This document shows positions 1-11,359 of a stretch of DNA of 64,000 nucleotides, in pieces (the first letter of the stretch is position 1; each line of letters begins with the position of its first letter). The stretch comes from Sinanodonta woodiana (taxonomy: Eukaryota): the NCBI GenBank assembly GCA_046254885.1, contig CM100994.1:93638727-93702726 (forward strand), read 5' to 3'. A program made the translations under genes and the position numbers. Below the pieces are notes generated by a model. It was not told the DNA's origin. It ran no database searches and saw only the letters and a program-made list of their open reading frames with translations.

Positions 1-186
1 GTGTATACTCAGTTGTATGTAAATTGCTGAGAAGACCAATGTGTATACTCAGTTGTATGTAAATTGCTGAGAAGACCACTGTGTATACTCAGTTGTATGT
101 AAATTGCTGAGAAGACCACTGTGTATACTCAGTTGTATGTAAATTGCTGAGAAGACCACTGTGTATACTCAGTTGTATGTAAATTT
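1..186. repeat. 40-bp tandem satellite, ~4.6 units (gtgtatactcagttgtatgtaaattgctgagaagaccac/at)
   Basis: Direct reading: identical 40-mer at 1,41,81,121,161 (last unit partial); only the final units 2-4 differ from unit 1 by one base. Confidence 0.9.
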
Positions 187-1084
187 CAACTGCAACATAA
201 TATACAGTGCTCTGCCATCATATGTGTCAGCAGACTAAGGAATGTGTTGCTTGTCCTTCTGATTATTTTTTTAAAAATTGCATCAACTATTAATACAAAG
301 ATTTTATATAGGGTTGATCAGTCAGGATGGAAATATTTCATAAAAACAAAGCTTACTTTGCAATCACAACCCACTGGTGAAAATATATTTGCAAATCATA
401 AATATTTTGGTGTAGGTAATTATTAAAAAATGTTTGTTTTTTTAAGGTGGGTGGTTAATCCAGATCATGAACTATAGATACATGTTGTGATGGCTTGTTT
501 CAAGAGCAAAAGTTAATGTAATGATATGGTGAAATAAGATGGAGAAATATCAAATTCTCAGAAACTACTAAATAGAATTTGAACATTTTTGTGACAAAGT
601 GTCTTTAAATTTAGCATTCTGAATAGGGCAGATTTGACAGAAAATGTCCTGGAATGAAGAACTTTCAAATCTTTGCAAATGTCAGTTTCCCTTCAAATAT
701 GGCTGCTATTAACAAACAAGCTTGTCTAGAGATCACAGTTGATGGTTGCAGTATTATGTTCACCAGATATGTAATGCAGTTGTCCATGAGGGTTTATTAT
801 TATATGCAAGAGAGGGGACATGCTATGGGTGCAACTTGTCTCATGAAATAATAACAAATATTCTTATATAATTTTTTATAATTGCAATGACAGCGCAGTG
901 GAAAAAATTGCAGTCAATGAAAGCTATATACATGTAACCCCTTTTAAATTCTTTAGTGACTTTGGAATTTGCTATAAATTTGATGCATTATTTACTGTTG
1001 CAAAACTTAAATGTGATCTGTTGTACTGAAATCACCAATTTAAACCTTTCTTTGTGAAATTGATATAAGGAGTCTATGATCATC

Positions 1085-1230
1085 AGCCAATGAAACTTTT
1101 ATGAATATCCTATAAACTAGTATAAATTTATGAATATGCTATAAACATTTATAAATTTATGAATATACTATTGGCTATTATAAATTTGTGAATATACTAT
1201 AAAGTTTTATAAATTTATTAGCTATTATTT
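1085..1230. repeat. degenerate AT-rich ~23-bp tandem repeat (tataaatttatgaatatRctataaac)
   Basis: Imperfect direct repeats of ttatgaatat[a/c/g]ctataaa seen 5-6 times. Confidence 0.4.
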
Positions 1231-1974
1231 TTGGTAATTAGTCACATAGTTACCAAAACTTTCTCAAAAAATGATCCTTAGTTTTTAGCTGAGAGCAAAT
1301 GACATTGTGATATATTGTGTAGCTTTCATAGCTTAAACTTTAGCCGTGTAGTTAACCTTTTGGGGTGTTAAATATTCATGTAATTTACAAGCAATCATCT
1401 TAATATACCATGAAGTTTAAACCATGATTATTTTTTTTTATACAAACAATTCCTTAATAATAGTTTGTATGCATGTTAGGATTAAAATATCTACATAATT
1501 AGTATGTCCATCCTGAAGCCAGGTGTTTACTAAGTGTGGTACAGGGACGACTGGGGCCCCAAGTGGTCTAAAGCGCTCTCCGTTATGGATCACTACCGTC
1601 TCACCTCTGCGTCAGCTCAAGTCTAAGATTTGGCTAATTTAGTTATGTAAGAAAGCTTGCCAGTAGCTTCTCGTGGGTCGGTGATTCTAACTGAAGTGTT
1701 TCCTGGGTTCTCCACCAATAATACTGGCCATGGCGAATAGCCTATCGTGTGCTGAAAAATATGGCGTTAAAGCCTAACCTAAAACAACAAAAACAACTCG
1801 GACCACTGGTGGTACGTTAAAGGGTTTCAAGGGTAAGTGGCAGACAATACCTGAGTAAATTTTGCACACACAAAAGCATTACGATGGTACTGGTAGAATG
1901 GGTTTGCCGATGAGACCGAAATGGGGTACACAAATGTCTTGGCACGCTTGTATATCCTAGCCTCCCGCGTCTAC

Positions 1975-3251
1975 CCATAGTCCCAGTGTTGATGTTGAGC
2001 CAGCAAGTCAACTGTAGACATGATCTTCTCACTATGTCAGCTGCAGGAGAAGTATCATGAGCAGCAGATGTTCCTCTACATTGTCTTCATAGACCTGATG
2101 AAGGCATTTTAACTTTTCAGCCGGAGTGAACTCTTCAGACTCTTGCAAAAGATTGGCTGCCCCGATGCCTACTTGCTGCCCTCATGTCATTCCGCAAGAA
2201 CATGCACATCACAGTGTACTTCAGTGGCGCAACATCAGAGGCCTTCCCTGTAATCAGTAGAGTCAATCAAGGCTGTGTGCTTGCGTCGACGATCTTCGCC
2301 ATATTATTATCCATACTTCTCCTGTACGCCTTCGAGGACTGCAGCGATGAGGTGTACATCCATAACAGGGCTGATGGAAAGCTGTTCAACATTACCCATC
2401 TCCGTGCTAATTAATAAAAACACAAAGGTACTCATCCGTGAATTACTTTCGGCGACGATGCAGCCTTGACATCCCACACAGAAGACGGACTATAGCAGCT
2501 GGTATGCCGCCTCTCCAATAATTGCAAAGAATTTAGACTATCAGCTTGAGAAAACAAAAAAAAAACGGATGTCATGGTGCAAGATGCAAACTCCTGTCCA
2601 TCTATCACCATCGATGGGTACAACTTGAAATTTGTCAAGAACTTCACATACCTCAAGTCCAACATCTCCAGTTTACTCATTTGATTATGAGGTGAACGAC
2701 AGGATTGCCAAGGCAGCTGGAGTGTCAGACTTAATCTTAGGATATGGAACAACCCCAGCCTCACCGAGAAGACCAAACTGCGTGTCTACCAAGGCTGCGT
2801 GATCAGCTCACTCCTCTACAGCAGTAAAACATGGACCATCGATGCAAGACACGAGAGAAAACTCAACAGCTTCCACCTGAGATGTCTGCGGTGCATTATG
2901 CTTATCAAATTGTAGGACAAAGTTCCCAACACAGAGGTTCTAGAGCGCACCAACATCATCAGCATGTTCTCCATTCTCAGCTCGGCCATGTCAAGAGAAT
3001 TGACACAGGCCGCATTCCTAAGGACCTGTTGGATGGGGAGCTAGCAGAAGATGCACGAAAGATTGGACGTCCACACATATAAAGATGTTTGCAAGAGGGA
3101 CATGAAGACAGCCAACATCGATGTGAACAATTATGAGAGATTTACTAACGACCGTCCCACCTGGCGCTTAGTTGTCAGGCACGGAGTTAGCAAAGATGAG
3201 GATGACAGGAATAGAAAGTATGCTAAAATGAGAGAAAGAAGGAACAGCTGA
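1975..3251 (+). pseudogene. decayed non-LTR retrotransposon (CR1/L2-like LINE) ORF2 reverse-transcriptase fragment
   Basis: Translating across 3 frames gives STVDMIFSLCQLQEKYHEQQMFLYIVFIDLMKAF, SGATSEAFPVISRVNQGCVLASTIF, KLRVYQGCVISSLLYSSKTWT, LRCLRCIMLIKL, PKDLLDGELAEDARKIGRPH, YKDVCKRDMKTANIDVNNYERFTNDRPTWR. These are the typical LINE RT motifs and C-terminal RYKD/DR.xWR tail. Multiple frameshifts and stops. A microsatellite follows the stop. Confidence 0.7.
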
Positions 3252-3295
3252 ATCTGGAGTTATGCCATTGTCTCGCGTAGATGGACGTATGCCAA

Positions 3296-3590
3296 GAAGA
3301 CATGCATGCATGCATGCATGCATACATACATACATACATACATACATACATACATACATACATACATACATACATACATACATACATACATACATACATA
3401 CATACATACATACATACATACATACATACATACATACAGTACATACATACATACATACAGTACATACATACATACATACATACATACATACATACATACA
3501 TACATACATACATACATACATACATACATACATACATACATACATACATACATACATACATACATACATGCATGCATGCATGCAAGAAGC
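3296..3590. repeat. (CATA)n/(CATG)n microsatellite, probable LINE 3' tail
   Basis: Pure tetranucleotide run directly downstream of the LINE ORF2 stop. The overlapping 100-154 aa ORFs are translation artefacts. Confidence 0.9.
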
Positions 3591-4212
3591 CGTCAAGTCA
3601 AAATATAGAAGAAAAAAAGGCGTAGAAACCAACTAGCTGTTCTAGGTTGGCCCTAGTCCTAGCGTACTCCTAACACCGCCTCAGATACATACATACATAC
3701 GTTTCCCGCCCTTATGAGGACATTCAATACCATTTAATTTTTCCGTCAAAACGCACTTCTACTTAAACATTCAATAATCTCTTTATCTTCCTGTTTCTTG
3801 TGGTCTAATTTAGACTAGTTTCAATTCAATAAATGTATGTTTTCTATTTTGTTATTATAGGTTCATTGAGATTGAAATTATATTGCCAACTGGTGGTGGT
3901 GGTTTGTACTGCATGTAAATCAGTCTGTGTGACTTCACACCAGTATGTTTTTAATTTTATGCTCAGCTGTTTTAAATAAATCTATTCTAAATATGTTTTA
4001 AAAGGCATATATTGTTATGCTGTTACATTTTTAATGCTATCCTGCTTTATATACTTTGTATAAATGTACCTTAACATGTATGGAAATTTTTGTGCTGTCA
4101 TGATATGTCGTGTGATTTTTGTTCTGTTGTATGAAATAAGTCGGTTTAAGAGCTCAAACGAGTTCATGTTATATGTTTGTTTCTATGTATATATTTCCGA
4201 CTCAAAATAAAA

Positions 4213-4720
<508 letters not shown>

Positions 4721-5747
4721 GAATGTGCTGTACTAGTTGTGCGGTTGGCAATCCAGATGTCATTTTCTATTCAAATAATGCTAAATATGAATTACGTTTT
4801 TTACACTGGTGTGGCACTTTAAAGTAAAACCTGCTTGAATGAGATTAAGTCTAACTCTAAGTTTGAAACTTGTATACTTTAAATTTATTAGCATTTCATA
4901 AATAGTTTTATGTATCGTTCTATTTCCACCTCATCTGTTCCTTGAACTTACATTTTAGTAGCGTTTTGCTATTACAACCACATATGTATCTTTATTCCAT
5001 TTATTAATTTAACAACTTTATAACTATCACTAATGTTAATCGCGATTCGCTACTCAAACGACCACATATGTTTTGTTGTTTTTTTTTTGTGGGCTTTTGT
5101 TGTTGTTGTTTGTATGTTATTTTGCTTTGGCGAGTTTTTTTTTTTTCTTTCTTCTTCTTCATTTTTTTCTCCCGATGCATATGTTTTAACACCACGCTTA
5201 CATAATGTTAATTGCATTTTGCAGCTCTGAGAATGGCCCCCCCCCCCTTTTTTTTTCTCTGTACATTTCCACATACCTTACCATTGAACTTAATGGTGAC
5301 CAAAGTGTTTGCTGTTCTGGCCTAGTTTCCCCACAACCACAACTACCCCCATCGTACTTTCACGAATCCTTGTAACACCACTCATGGATAGCAACATTCT
5401 TCTGATAAGCATCGACATCGATATTTGCTTTTTTTTTTCTGTCAGCTTCTAGACAGATTTGGACAATGCATAAACATTCTACTGATTGTCAGGCATTTTT
5501 AGTAATGTAATAAATCTGAAATATGCGCATTTGTTTATAGTTTTCCGCTGTACGGATTTCTTATATTGTTGTGATTACTAGTTTGATTATTGGTATCCAG
5601 TCCTGGGGAAATATTCATCAGACCGAAATAATTAGCCAATAAATAGGAACAAACGTCACGGTGTGAAGTTGTAGTGAGTTTCCACGGTGCCAAGGTTCTC
5701 GGTTGATGAATTCAGATCAGAATTACACGAGGATCCCTGTGTGTTCA

Positions 5748-5957
5748 AGCAGCAGTGGGGGTAAACCCACCATTACTTTTTTCATCATTACTATACACTC
5801 ATAAGCAAATACCATGATAGAACCCTTAGATTGCCAAACTAACAGAAAAAAAATGTCACGATGAATAGCTGCGTGTGTGGTGTATACCTGGGGTGGTACT
5901 CTTAGATATATATATACGTAACCGGTCATTAACATGCTTGTGCGCGTACGTGATCTT
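5748..5957. repeat. terminal inverted repeat (left) of element I-A
   Basis: Inverse complement of 37150-37359 at ~80-85% identity over ~210 bp; begins AGCAGCAG. Confidence 0.7.
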
Positions 5958-6788
5958 TCAGCCGAAGATTTTGTCTAATCCGATACGATATCGTGTTCGA
6001 GGGTCGTGTATGTTTATCGTTATAAATCCATGCGGGGTTGATTTAGCATGACTGAAAAAGTTCATGAATTTATTATACTCCATGTCGGAACACCACGTTT
6101 GCCAAATATTTCTTAGCGTGTGTATATCAACGCCGTTAAATACACATAACAGATTACAGTTATCTCTGATCACTTTTGGTATTTGAGTATACCGCTGAGT
6201 CAAATAAAATACATCAGTGTTTTTATGTCTGCCTCTGGAAAATATCCTAGCGGGATTTTTTTGTTTATCTAACATTACATCACCGTATACTACCATGTTA
6301 TTTATGTTTTCGTTGAGGTCTTCCACAGATGGTGATTCGTCCATATCGGTTATAAACTCAATAACGTCATCGCCGGCAATTTCTTTCGCGGACTCATTGT
6401 AATCTTTTAACACTTGATAACAATGTTGGTCATCTGCGCTTGGCGCAACTAAATATAATTTATCCCATGTGGTAAATTTCATTATCAGCGATAACAGCAA
6501 CTGTGTTTTACCAGACCCGGATGGCAATACAATGATACATCTGATAGAATTTGGTAGCATTTTATGGTGTTTTACTGCTTGTTTTTTCTTTAACGCGGAG
6601 AAATCGATTATTTTCATTAGATATACTCGTTTATAATATAAACAAATTATGAATTTATACTGTGTAAAATGTAAGACTCGTACACCGACAACCGACCAAA
6701 CAACAATTGTTACAAAAAATAGTCGGACAGCAATTACTGGTAGGTGTAAAATATGTGGTATAAAAAATTTAGATTTAAAAAAAAACAT
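5958..6788 (-). CDS. FtsK/HerA-type (A32-like) DNA packaging ATPase
   Basis: 276-aa ORF with Walker A LPSGSGKTQLLL, Walker B MVVYGDVMLD and the RGRHKNTDVFYLTQRYTQIPKVIRDNCNLL motif typical of Polinton, virophage and adenovirus packaging ATPases. Four paralogs in the window. Confidence 0.7.
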   Translation of the reverse strand: MFFFKSKFFIPHILHLPVIAVRLFFVTIVVWSVVGVRVLHFTQYKFIICLYYKRVYLMKIIDFSALKKKQAVKHHKMLPNSIRCIIVLPSGSGKTQLLLSLIMKFTTWDKLYLVAPSADDQHCYQVLKDYNESAKEIAGDDVIEFITDMDESPSVEDLNENINNMVVYGDVMLDKQKNPARIFSRGRHKNTDVFYLTQRYTQIPKVIRDNCNLLCVFNGVDIHTLRNIWQTWCSDMEYNKFMNFFSHAKSTPHGFITINIHDPRTRYRIGLDKIFG

Positions 6789-7160
6789 GGAGGTGACATC
6801 GCTGCCAACTTAACTAAACTCACAGGATTACCATGGGCAAAGTATCCCGGTGAGAAGCACCTTCCGGGTTATCGTTATTGTGGTACGGGGAATCGATTAG
6901 ATATCAGACTCGATAACAACGATCAACCACGACGCGGTGAGGAACCGATAAATACTATCGATGAAGCATGTCGGATACATGATATCGCTTATCGTAGTGG
7001 TGATTTACAACAACGTCATCTCGCCGACGTAAACTTAATTCATGCGATAATTGCTATTCCTGATAAATCCCTCAGGGAAAAAATGGCGTCAACGATTATC
7101 AAGGTTGCCATGAAATGTAAATTGTTATTTGGAAATGGAGTCTCTCGTGCAAGTATATAA
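6649..7160 (+). CDS. C4 zinc-finger / secreted-PLA2 domain protein (parvovirus VP1u-like phospholipase A2); +1 frame break in a poly-A run
   Basis: N-terminus MNLYCVKCKTRT...GRCKICG (CxxC...CxxC). The PLA2 frame has YRYCGTGNRLD (YxGxG Ca-loop) and CRIHDIAY (HDxxY catalytic). The two frames join if the A9 run at 6777-6785 is read as A10. Confidence 0.65.
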
Positions 7161-7173
7161 TGGATCATCGTAA

Positions 7174-8135
7174 AGTAATTTTAATAGAAAAATATATTAT
7201 TCTCCTCGTGGATATTTTATGGGAAAATCTGCTATTGATAAATTAGCTAGCGCTGCAAAGGTTTCACGTGATATTGCCGCGGATTGGTTAGCTCGACAAA
7301 CAATATGGCAAATTTATCTACCTGGCCCTGCATCGATCAACTATGGATCATTTGATGTTCATGTTCCCAATGAGGTTCATTAAGCTGATATATTATATTT
7401 ACCGCATGATAAAAAGGGATTGGTTTATAAATATGCGCTAACAATTGTTGACGTAGCAAGTAGATACAAGGATGCATTTCCGTTATCAACAAAGTCATCA
7501 TCTGAGGTCGCTTCTGCATTCAAAAAAATATATCAGAATTGTCCTCTGCGCTGGCCAAATCTATTGCAGGCTGATCCTGGTAGAGAGTTTTTCGGTGAGG
7601 TGTCATCGTTGATGGCGCAACATAATGTTATAATTCGACGAGGACATACTGCAATGCATCGCGATCAGGCAATTGTTGAGCGATTTAATAGAACTCTCGC
7701 TGATAAATTATTTTATTATCAAACCGCGAGGGAATTTATTCAGCAAGAACGATTACGTGAATGGGTAAAACGACTTCCCGATGCTATCGCATCGATTAAC
7801 AATCAGGTTACTTCAGCGATAAATGATAAGCCGGCCATCGCGATCACAACAAAATATATAACTGGGAAAACAAAAAAGGTTTTAGATGATTTACCGCTAC
7901 CACGAAATGCCACCGTGAGATATTTATATGAACCTGGTGAGCTTGAAGTGGAGTTAGAAGATCAACGGATCCAACATGGAGTATTACAACACATAAAATC
8001 CACGATATGATATCATCGGCGCATCGTCGTACCTATTAAAAATTGGATCCAACTGCGCCACAACGAAGTTTAACTCGGGAAGAGCTTCAAGTTATCCCTG
8101 AGGACACTCAGTTGCCACCAACGAATTTAGCGTAA
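7174..8135 (+). pseudogene. retroviral-type rve integrase (DD35E) with N-terminal HTH and C-terminal SH3-like domain; in-frame TAA and C-terminal frameshift
   Basis: LTIVDVASRY ... QADPGREF ... 35 aa ... ERFNRTL. In-frame TAA at 7381-7383 where the paralog at 39862 has CAA (NEVHQAD). The C-terminal YKLDPTAPQRSLTREELQVIPEDTQLPP is in another frame. Confidence 0.8.
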
Positions 8136-8199
8136 CAGCGACGCGCTTAAGTTGACTAATCCGTCGTACTCGTGAAACGGCTAAGTATATTAAATTGTC

Positions 8200-9617
8200 T
8201 CATTCGATGAAATAATCTATGATCCACATAATCGTATCCGTGATAGTTAATCCTTGTGATGAGTGTATCGTGGTTGCGTAACCTAGCCTCCACGGAGAAT
8301 TTTTTGCGTTTATTGCATCTCGGGTCACAGATAGATCAACTTCAACGATATCATTTAACACAAGTGTTTGCTGGATATCTTGACCTGGTATGTCAACTAA
8401 AATATTTTGCCGTCGAGTATCTTTAGATGGATAGCACAGCGGAACCTTCTCGTGGCGAAATTTCTTCTCTTGAAAATAAAATAACTTTTTCACGATGATA
8501 TCTCTTGTGTTCTTCCTACTTGCTACAACCATATCTGATGGTTTCCACGTGTTATAAAATTCTTCCAACGACGTTGCTGAAATTACTTCACGTAATTTTT
8601 CTCTTTGATTGTTACTACTAGTGCATCTAATATTAGCTTTCAACGTGGTTAATTCTTCATCGAGGGATCTTCGGTCGATTGTCATCTCCTCATAGTAGTC
8701 AACGAAATTCTTTAACCAGCAATGTGGAGATATACTTCCAAATGGTGGTGGCTGACCATGATCTCCGCATAGTATTACAACAGTATTCTTTGTACTCAAC
8801 CAATCTAAAAACATTTTTAATATTTTTTTGAAACTAATCAGGCTTTATCCCATAAAAGTGCATCAGGAATATTCTTAGTTCCCATTCGTTCGGGTGACCA
8901 ATCACCGCCACTATATCTGAAAAAACTATGATAGGTACTTGCGCTAACTTCTTTCTCAGTGAAATCTCTTGCAAGTCGATGAGTTGGAGTTAACGCGATT
9001 AAGTTAGTTCCGCGAAATAACTCAATTACTCGTGTTGTTTTTCCACAGCCACCTGGACCATTTAAATATACTAGTCGGTGTCGCGCAATCGGATCGTGTG
9101 CACTTGGAGCTGTTGAAATTTTCTCGATGACATTGCTATGAAATTCAGGTTTATCTTCAACATCCGCGTGCTCTCGATATGCATGTAACAACTCATCCTT
9201 GATTCGCCATGTTCCCCATGTTGTACCATCTCCGAGATATTCTTTGACGGGGTCATGATGTATTTTATCGTAATAAAATGAGTCAGTGGCAACTCTTACC
9301 GCGATGTCAGGAAATCTGTTTACGTTACTGAGTAAATTTATTGTCGCGTACGCTAGCATGTATGATCGCAAATGTGTCCACTGAGGCATTTCATCGCTGA
9401 AATATTCTACGACGGTTCCAAACGGTTCTCCGGATAGTTCTACATTGGATTGTCTAGCGAATACTCCCTTGGTCACTGCATCATCGATGACAAATTTTAA
9501 TTCTCCAGGATCTAAAATCAATTTGGCCGTTTTACGTTTACGAGTTTCATCACCATTTTCATCACTAATATTTGCTCCCTGTGTAAACTTTCCAATTATA
9601 ATCCTACCTAAAGCCTT
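8200..9617 (-). pseudogene. replicase C-terminal part: superfamily-1 helicase domain (truncated 5' by the I-B insertion, one frameshift)
   Basis: VYLNGPGGCGKTTRVIELF (Walker A), LTPTHRLA, ILCGDHGQPPPF (motif III GDxxQ), TIHSSQGLTITDTIMWII (motif V/VI). Frameshift near 8815-8837. The ORF-track start at 9644 reads into I-B TIR sequence. Confidence 0.75.
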
Positions 9618-9882
9618 AGCAGCAGAGCAGACAGGACCGACCATTTTTATCCTGTCAATGAGACGGCTCCATCATCAATAACTACATAGAAGGCTCAGAT
9701 TAACAATCTGACAGTAAAAAAAGTGTCACGTACATGGCTGGGGTATGTTAGGGTACCCCGTGGACCTTATCAATGATGACACTGTAGTTGATGAGACGGC
9801 ACCATCATCAATAACTACATGAAAAATTCGAAGAATTTTCAATGATATATTCTGCAATTTCAAGGGAAACTATTATATATAA
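9618..9882. repeat. TIR-L of I-B / upstream region of the structural module
   Basis: Contains a 2x direct repeat tgagacggc[t/a]ccatcatcaataactacat and the palindrome ggggtacccc. Inverse complement of 26338-26589. Confidence 0.75.
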
Positions 9883-10359
9883 ATGCCAGTCGGAGAAGCT
9901 CAAATAACTCGATTAAAAAGAGAGCGCTTAGAGGCTATCAAGAAATTTCTTCCTGTCAGGGATGCATTTCGTGAAAATTTAAAACGACAACAACAACGTA
10001 CTGAGTTTACAATTGGTAGTTCAGAATTATTTAAACCGATTACTGAGGTAACTAAACAGGTTGGTACTGAGGTCGCTAAGGTTGGTACTGAGGTCGCTAA
10101 GGTTGGTACTGAGGTCGCTAAGGTTAGTACAGAGGTTGCAAACGTTGGTACAGATACCACTAAGATTGCATTAAGAACTAAACAAATGAAAAAATCTTTA
10201 AAAACTCTTCCAGGTGATATAATTGCTACACAACCTAACCCTGTTGATGTACAGCAAGTTGATATTATTCTACCGGCGCCTGAATTTATTGATGAACCAC
10301 AACAAGAAATACAAAAAAGTAAACAACGAAGAGATCTTGACCCTAAAAAAAATATTTAA
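9883..10359 (+). CDS. structural-module protein A (unknown; 4x tandem VGTEVAK repeat)
   Basis: 158-aa ORF. The 21-bp unit gttggtactgaggtcgctaag repeats 4x at 10059-10142. Paralogs at 36699(-) and 47270(+). Confidence 0.5.
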   Translation: MPVGEAQITRLKRERLEAIKKFLPVRDAFRENLKRQQQRTEFTIGSSELFKPITEVTKQVGTEVAKVGTEVAKVGTEVAKVSTEVANVGTDTTKIALRTKQMKKSLKTLPGDIIATQPNPVDVQQVDIILPAPEFIDEPQQEIQKSKQRRDLDPKKNI

Positions 10360-10373
10360 TGTTGATTTGATAA

Positions 10374-10916
10374 ATGATATTAAAATTTTTAGGGTTGATG
10401 ATAAAGATTTTGCTCGATTCATCGTTGATACATCTGAAAAGGAAGGATCAGCGAGATAGCTATTTAAATGATGATTATAAGGGCGCAGTAAGTAGGCAAA
10501 ATTGGCCTAAAAAGGTATATTTAGTAAAAATTGGTAAGTCGCAATTAAAACCAAATGATCAGAATTTGATAAAACTTGAAAAATTGATAAAACAGATACA
10601 AAATCCGCCAATAGCGGTTGTACCTTTTGTATCTCAACCGATTCCAAAAACAGATGATGATGGTCAAGATTTACCTAAAAAGCAAACATCGGGTGATGGT
10701 TATCATGGTGGTAATATACCTTGTTCACGGAGTATCATCGACGATATATCACGTCTAGATATTCTTATTGGTGGAAAACGAACTGGAAATAATTCTCCGG
10801 AATTGATCCATGAGGCAACTGAAATTTGTCAACGATTATTTCGTGGACATGTTATGGATATTGGTATGTATCGAAGTTTTGTTAATGGACTCATTGATGA
10901 TTATTATAGTGATTAA
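10374..10916 (+). CDS. structural-module protein B (unknown; conserved C-terminal GGNIPxSRSIIDDISRL...DDYYSD domain)
   Basis: 180-aa ORF. Paralogs at 36168(-) and 47736-48376(+). The II-a copy has an RG-rich N-terminal stretch. Confidence 0.5.
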   Translation: MILKFLGLMIKILLDSSLIHLKRKDQRDSYLNDDYKGAVSRQNWPKKVYLVKIGKSQLKPNDQNLIKLEKLIKQIQNPPIAVVPFVSQPIPKTDDDGQDLPKKQTSGDGYHGGNIPCSRSIIDDISRLDILIGGKRTGNNSPELIHEATEICQRLFRGHVMDIGMYRSFVNGLIDDYYSD

Positions 10917-10955
10917 TCACCACGATTAATATTAGATAGATAGTATTTTAATATA

Positions 10956-11306
10956 ATGATTGTATATCGTAGTATGAATCGAGCTAAACCAGTTCATGTT
11001 ATAAATTCACGATTACCAGTTTATAAATTAATGTACGGAGATGAACTCGGTGATGTTGTTACAGGTTTATTTACAAGAATTGCTCCGAAAATACTTCCAA
11101 TCGGAAAAGAGTTGGCGTCAAAAGCTATTGGGGTAATCGGAGATACTGCCGCAAAAGATACTGGTACATATTTGTATAATTTCGCAAAAGAAAAACTTAC
11201 CTCGTTGATGAAACCAAAGAAACCCACTAAAGTTGTATTACCGTCGACGGATGAAATGTCAACATATATTGCCAATGAAATTAATTCACTTGCAAGAAAA
11301 AATTAA
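10956..11306 (+). CDS. structural-module protein C (small basic protein, unknown)
   Basis: 116-aa ORF with NSRLPVYKLxYGDxLGDVVTGLFTR conserved in paralogs at 35733-36099(-) and 48480-48927(+). Confidence 0.45.
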   Translation: MIVYRSMNRAKPVHVINSRLPVYKLMYGDELGDVVTGLFTRIAPKILPIGKELASKAIGVIGDTAAKDTGTYLYNFAKEKLTSLMKPKKPTKVVLPSTDEMSTYIANEINSLARKN

Positions 11307-11359
11307 AAACTGTCGGTTCAGGTTTGAAATTATCGATTTAAATCGTTGGCGTTAATATA

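Noticed and set aside
1-186. Regular 40-bp direct repeats, a possible CRISPR-like array.
   Set aside because: Units are contiguous with no spacers, and the context is eukaryotic. This is a tandem satellite.
5004-5274. Lys-rich and Phe-rich 60-74-aa ORFs in a T/A/C homopolymer-rich stretch.
   Set aside because: Low-complexity host DNA (T-runs, C9T10); no coding signal.
5975-6000. The conserved palindromic motif ccgatACGATATCGTgttc, found next to three element ends (5978, 38672, 58486), was first taken as the TIR terminus.
   Set aside because: It encodes the conserved C-terminus of the packaging ATPase (TRYRIGLD). The true termini are the AGCAGCAG ends ~200 bp further out.
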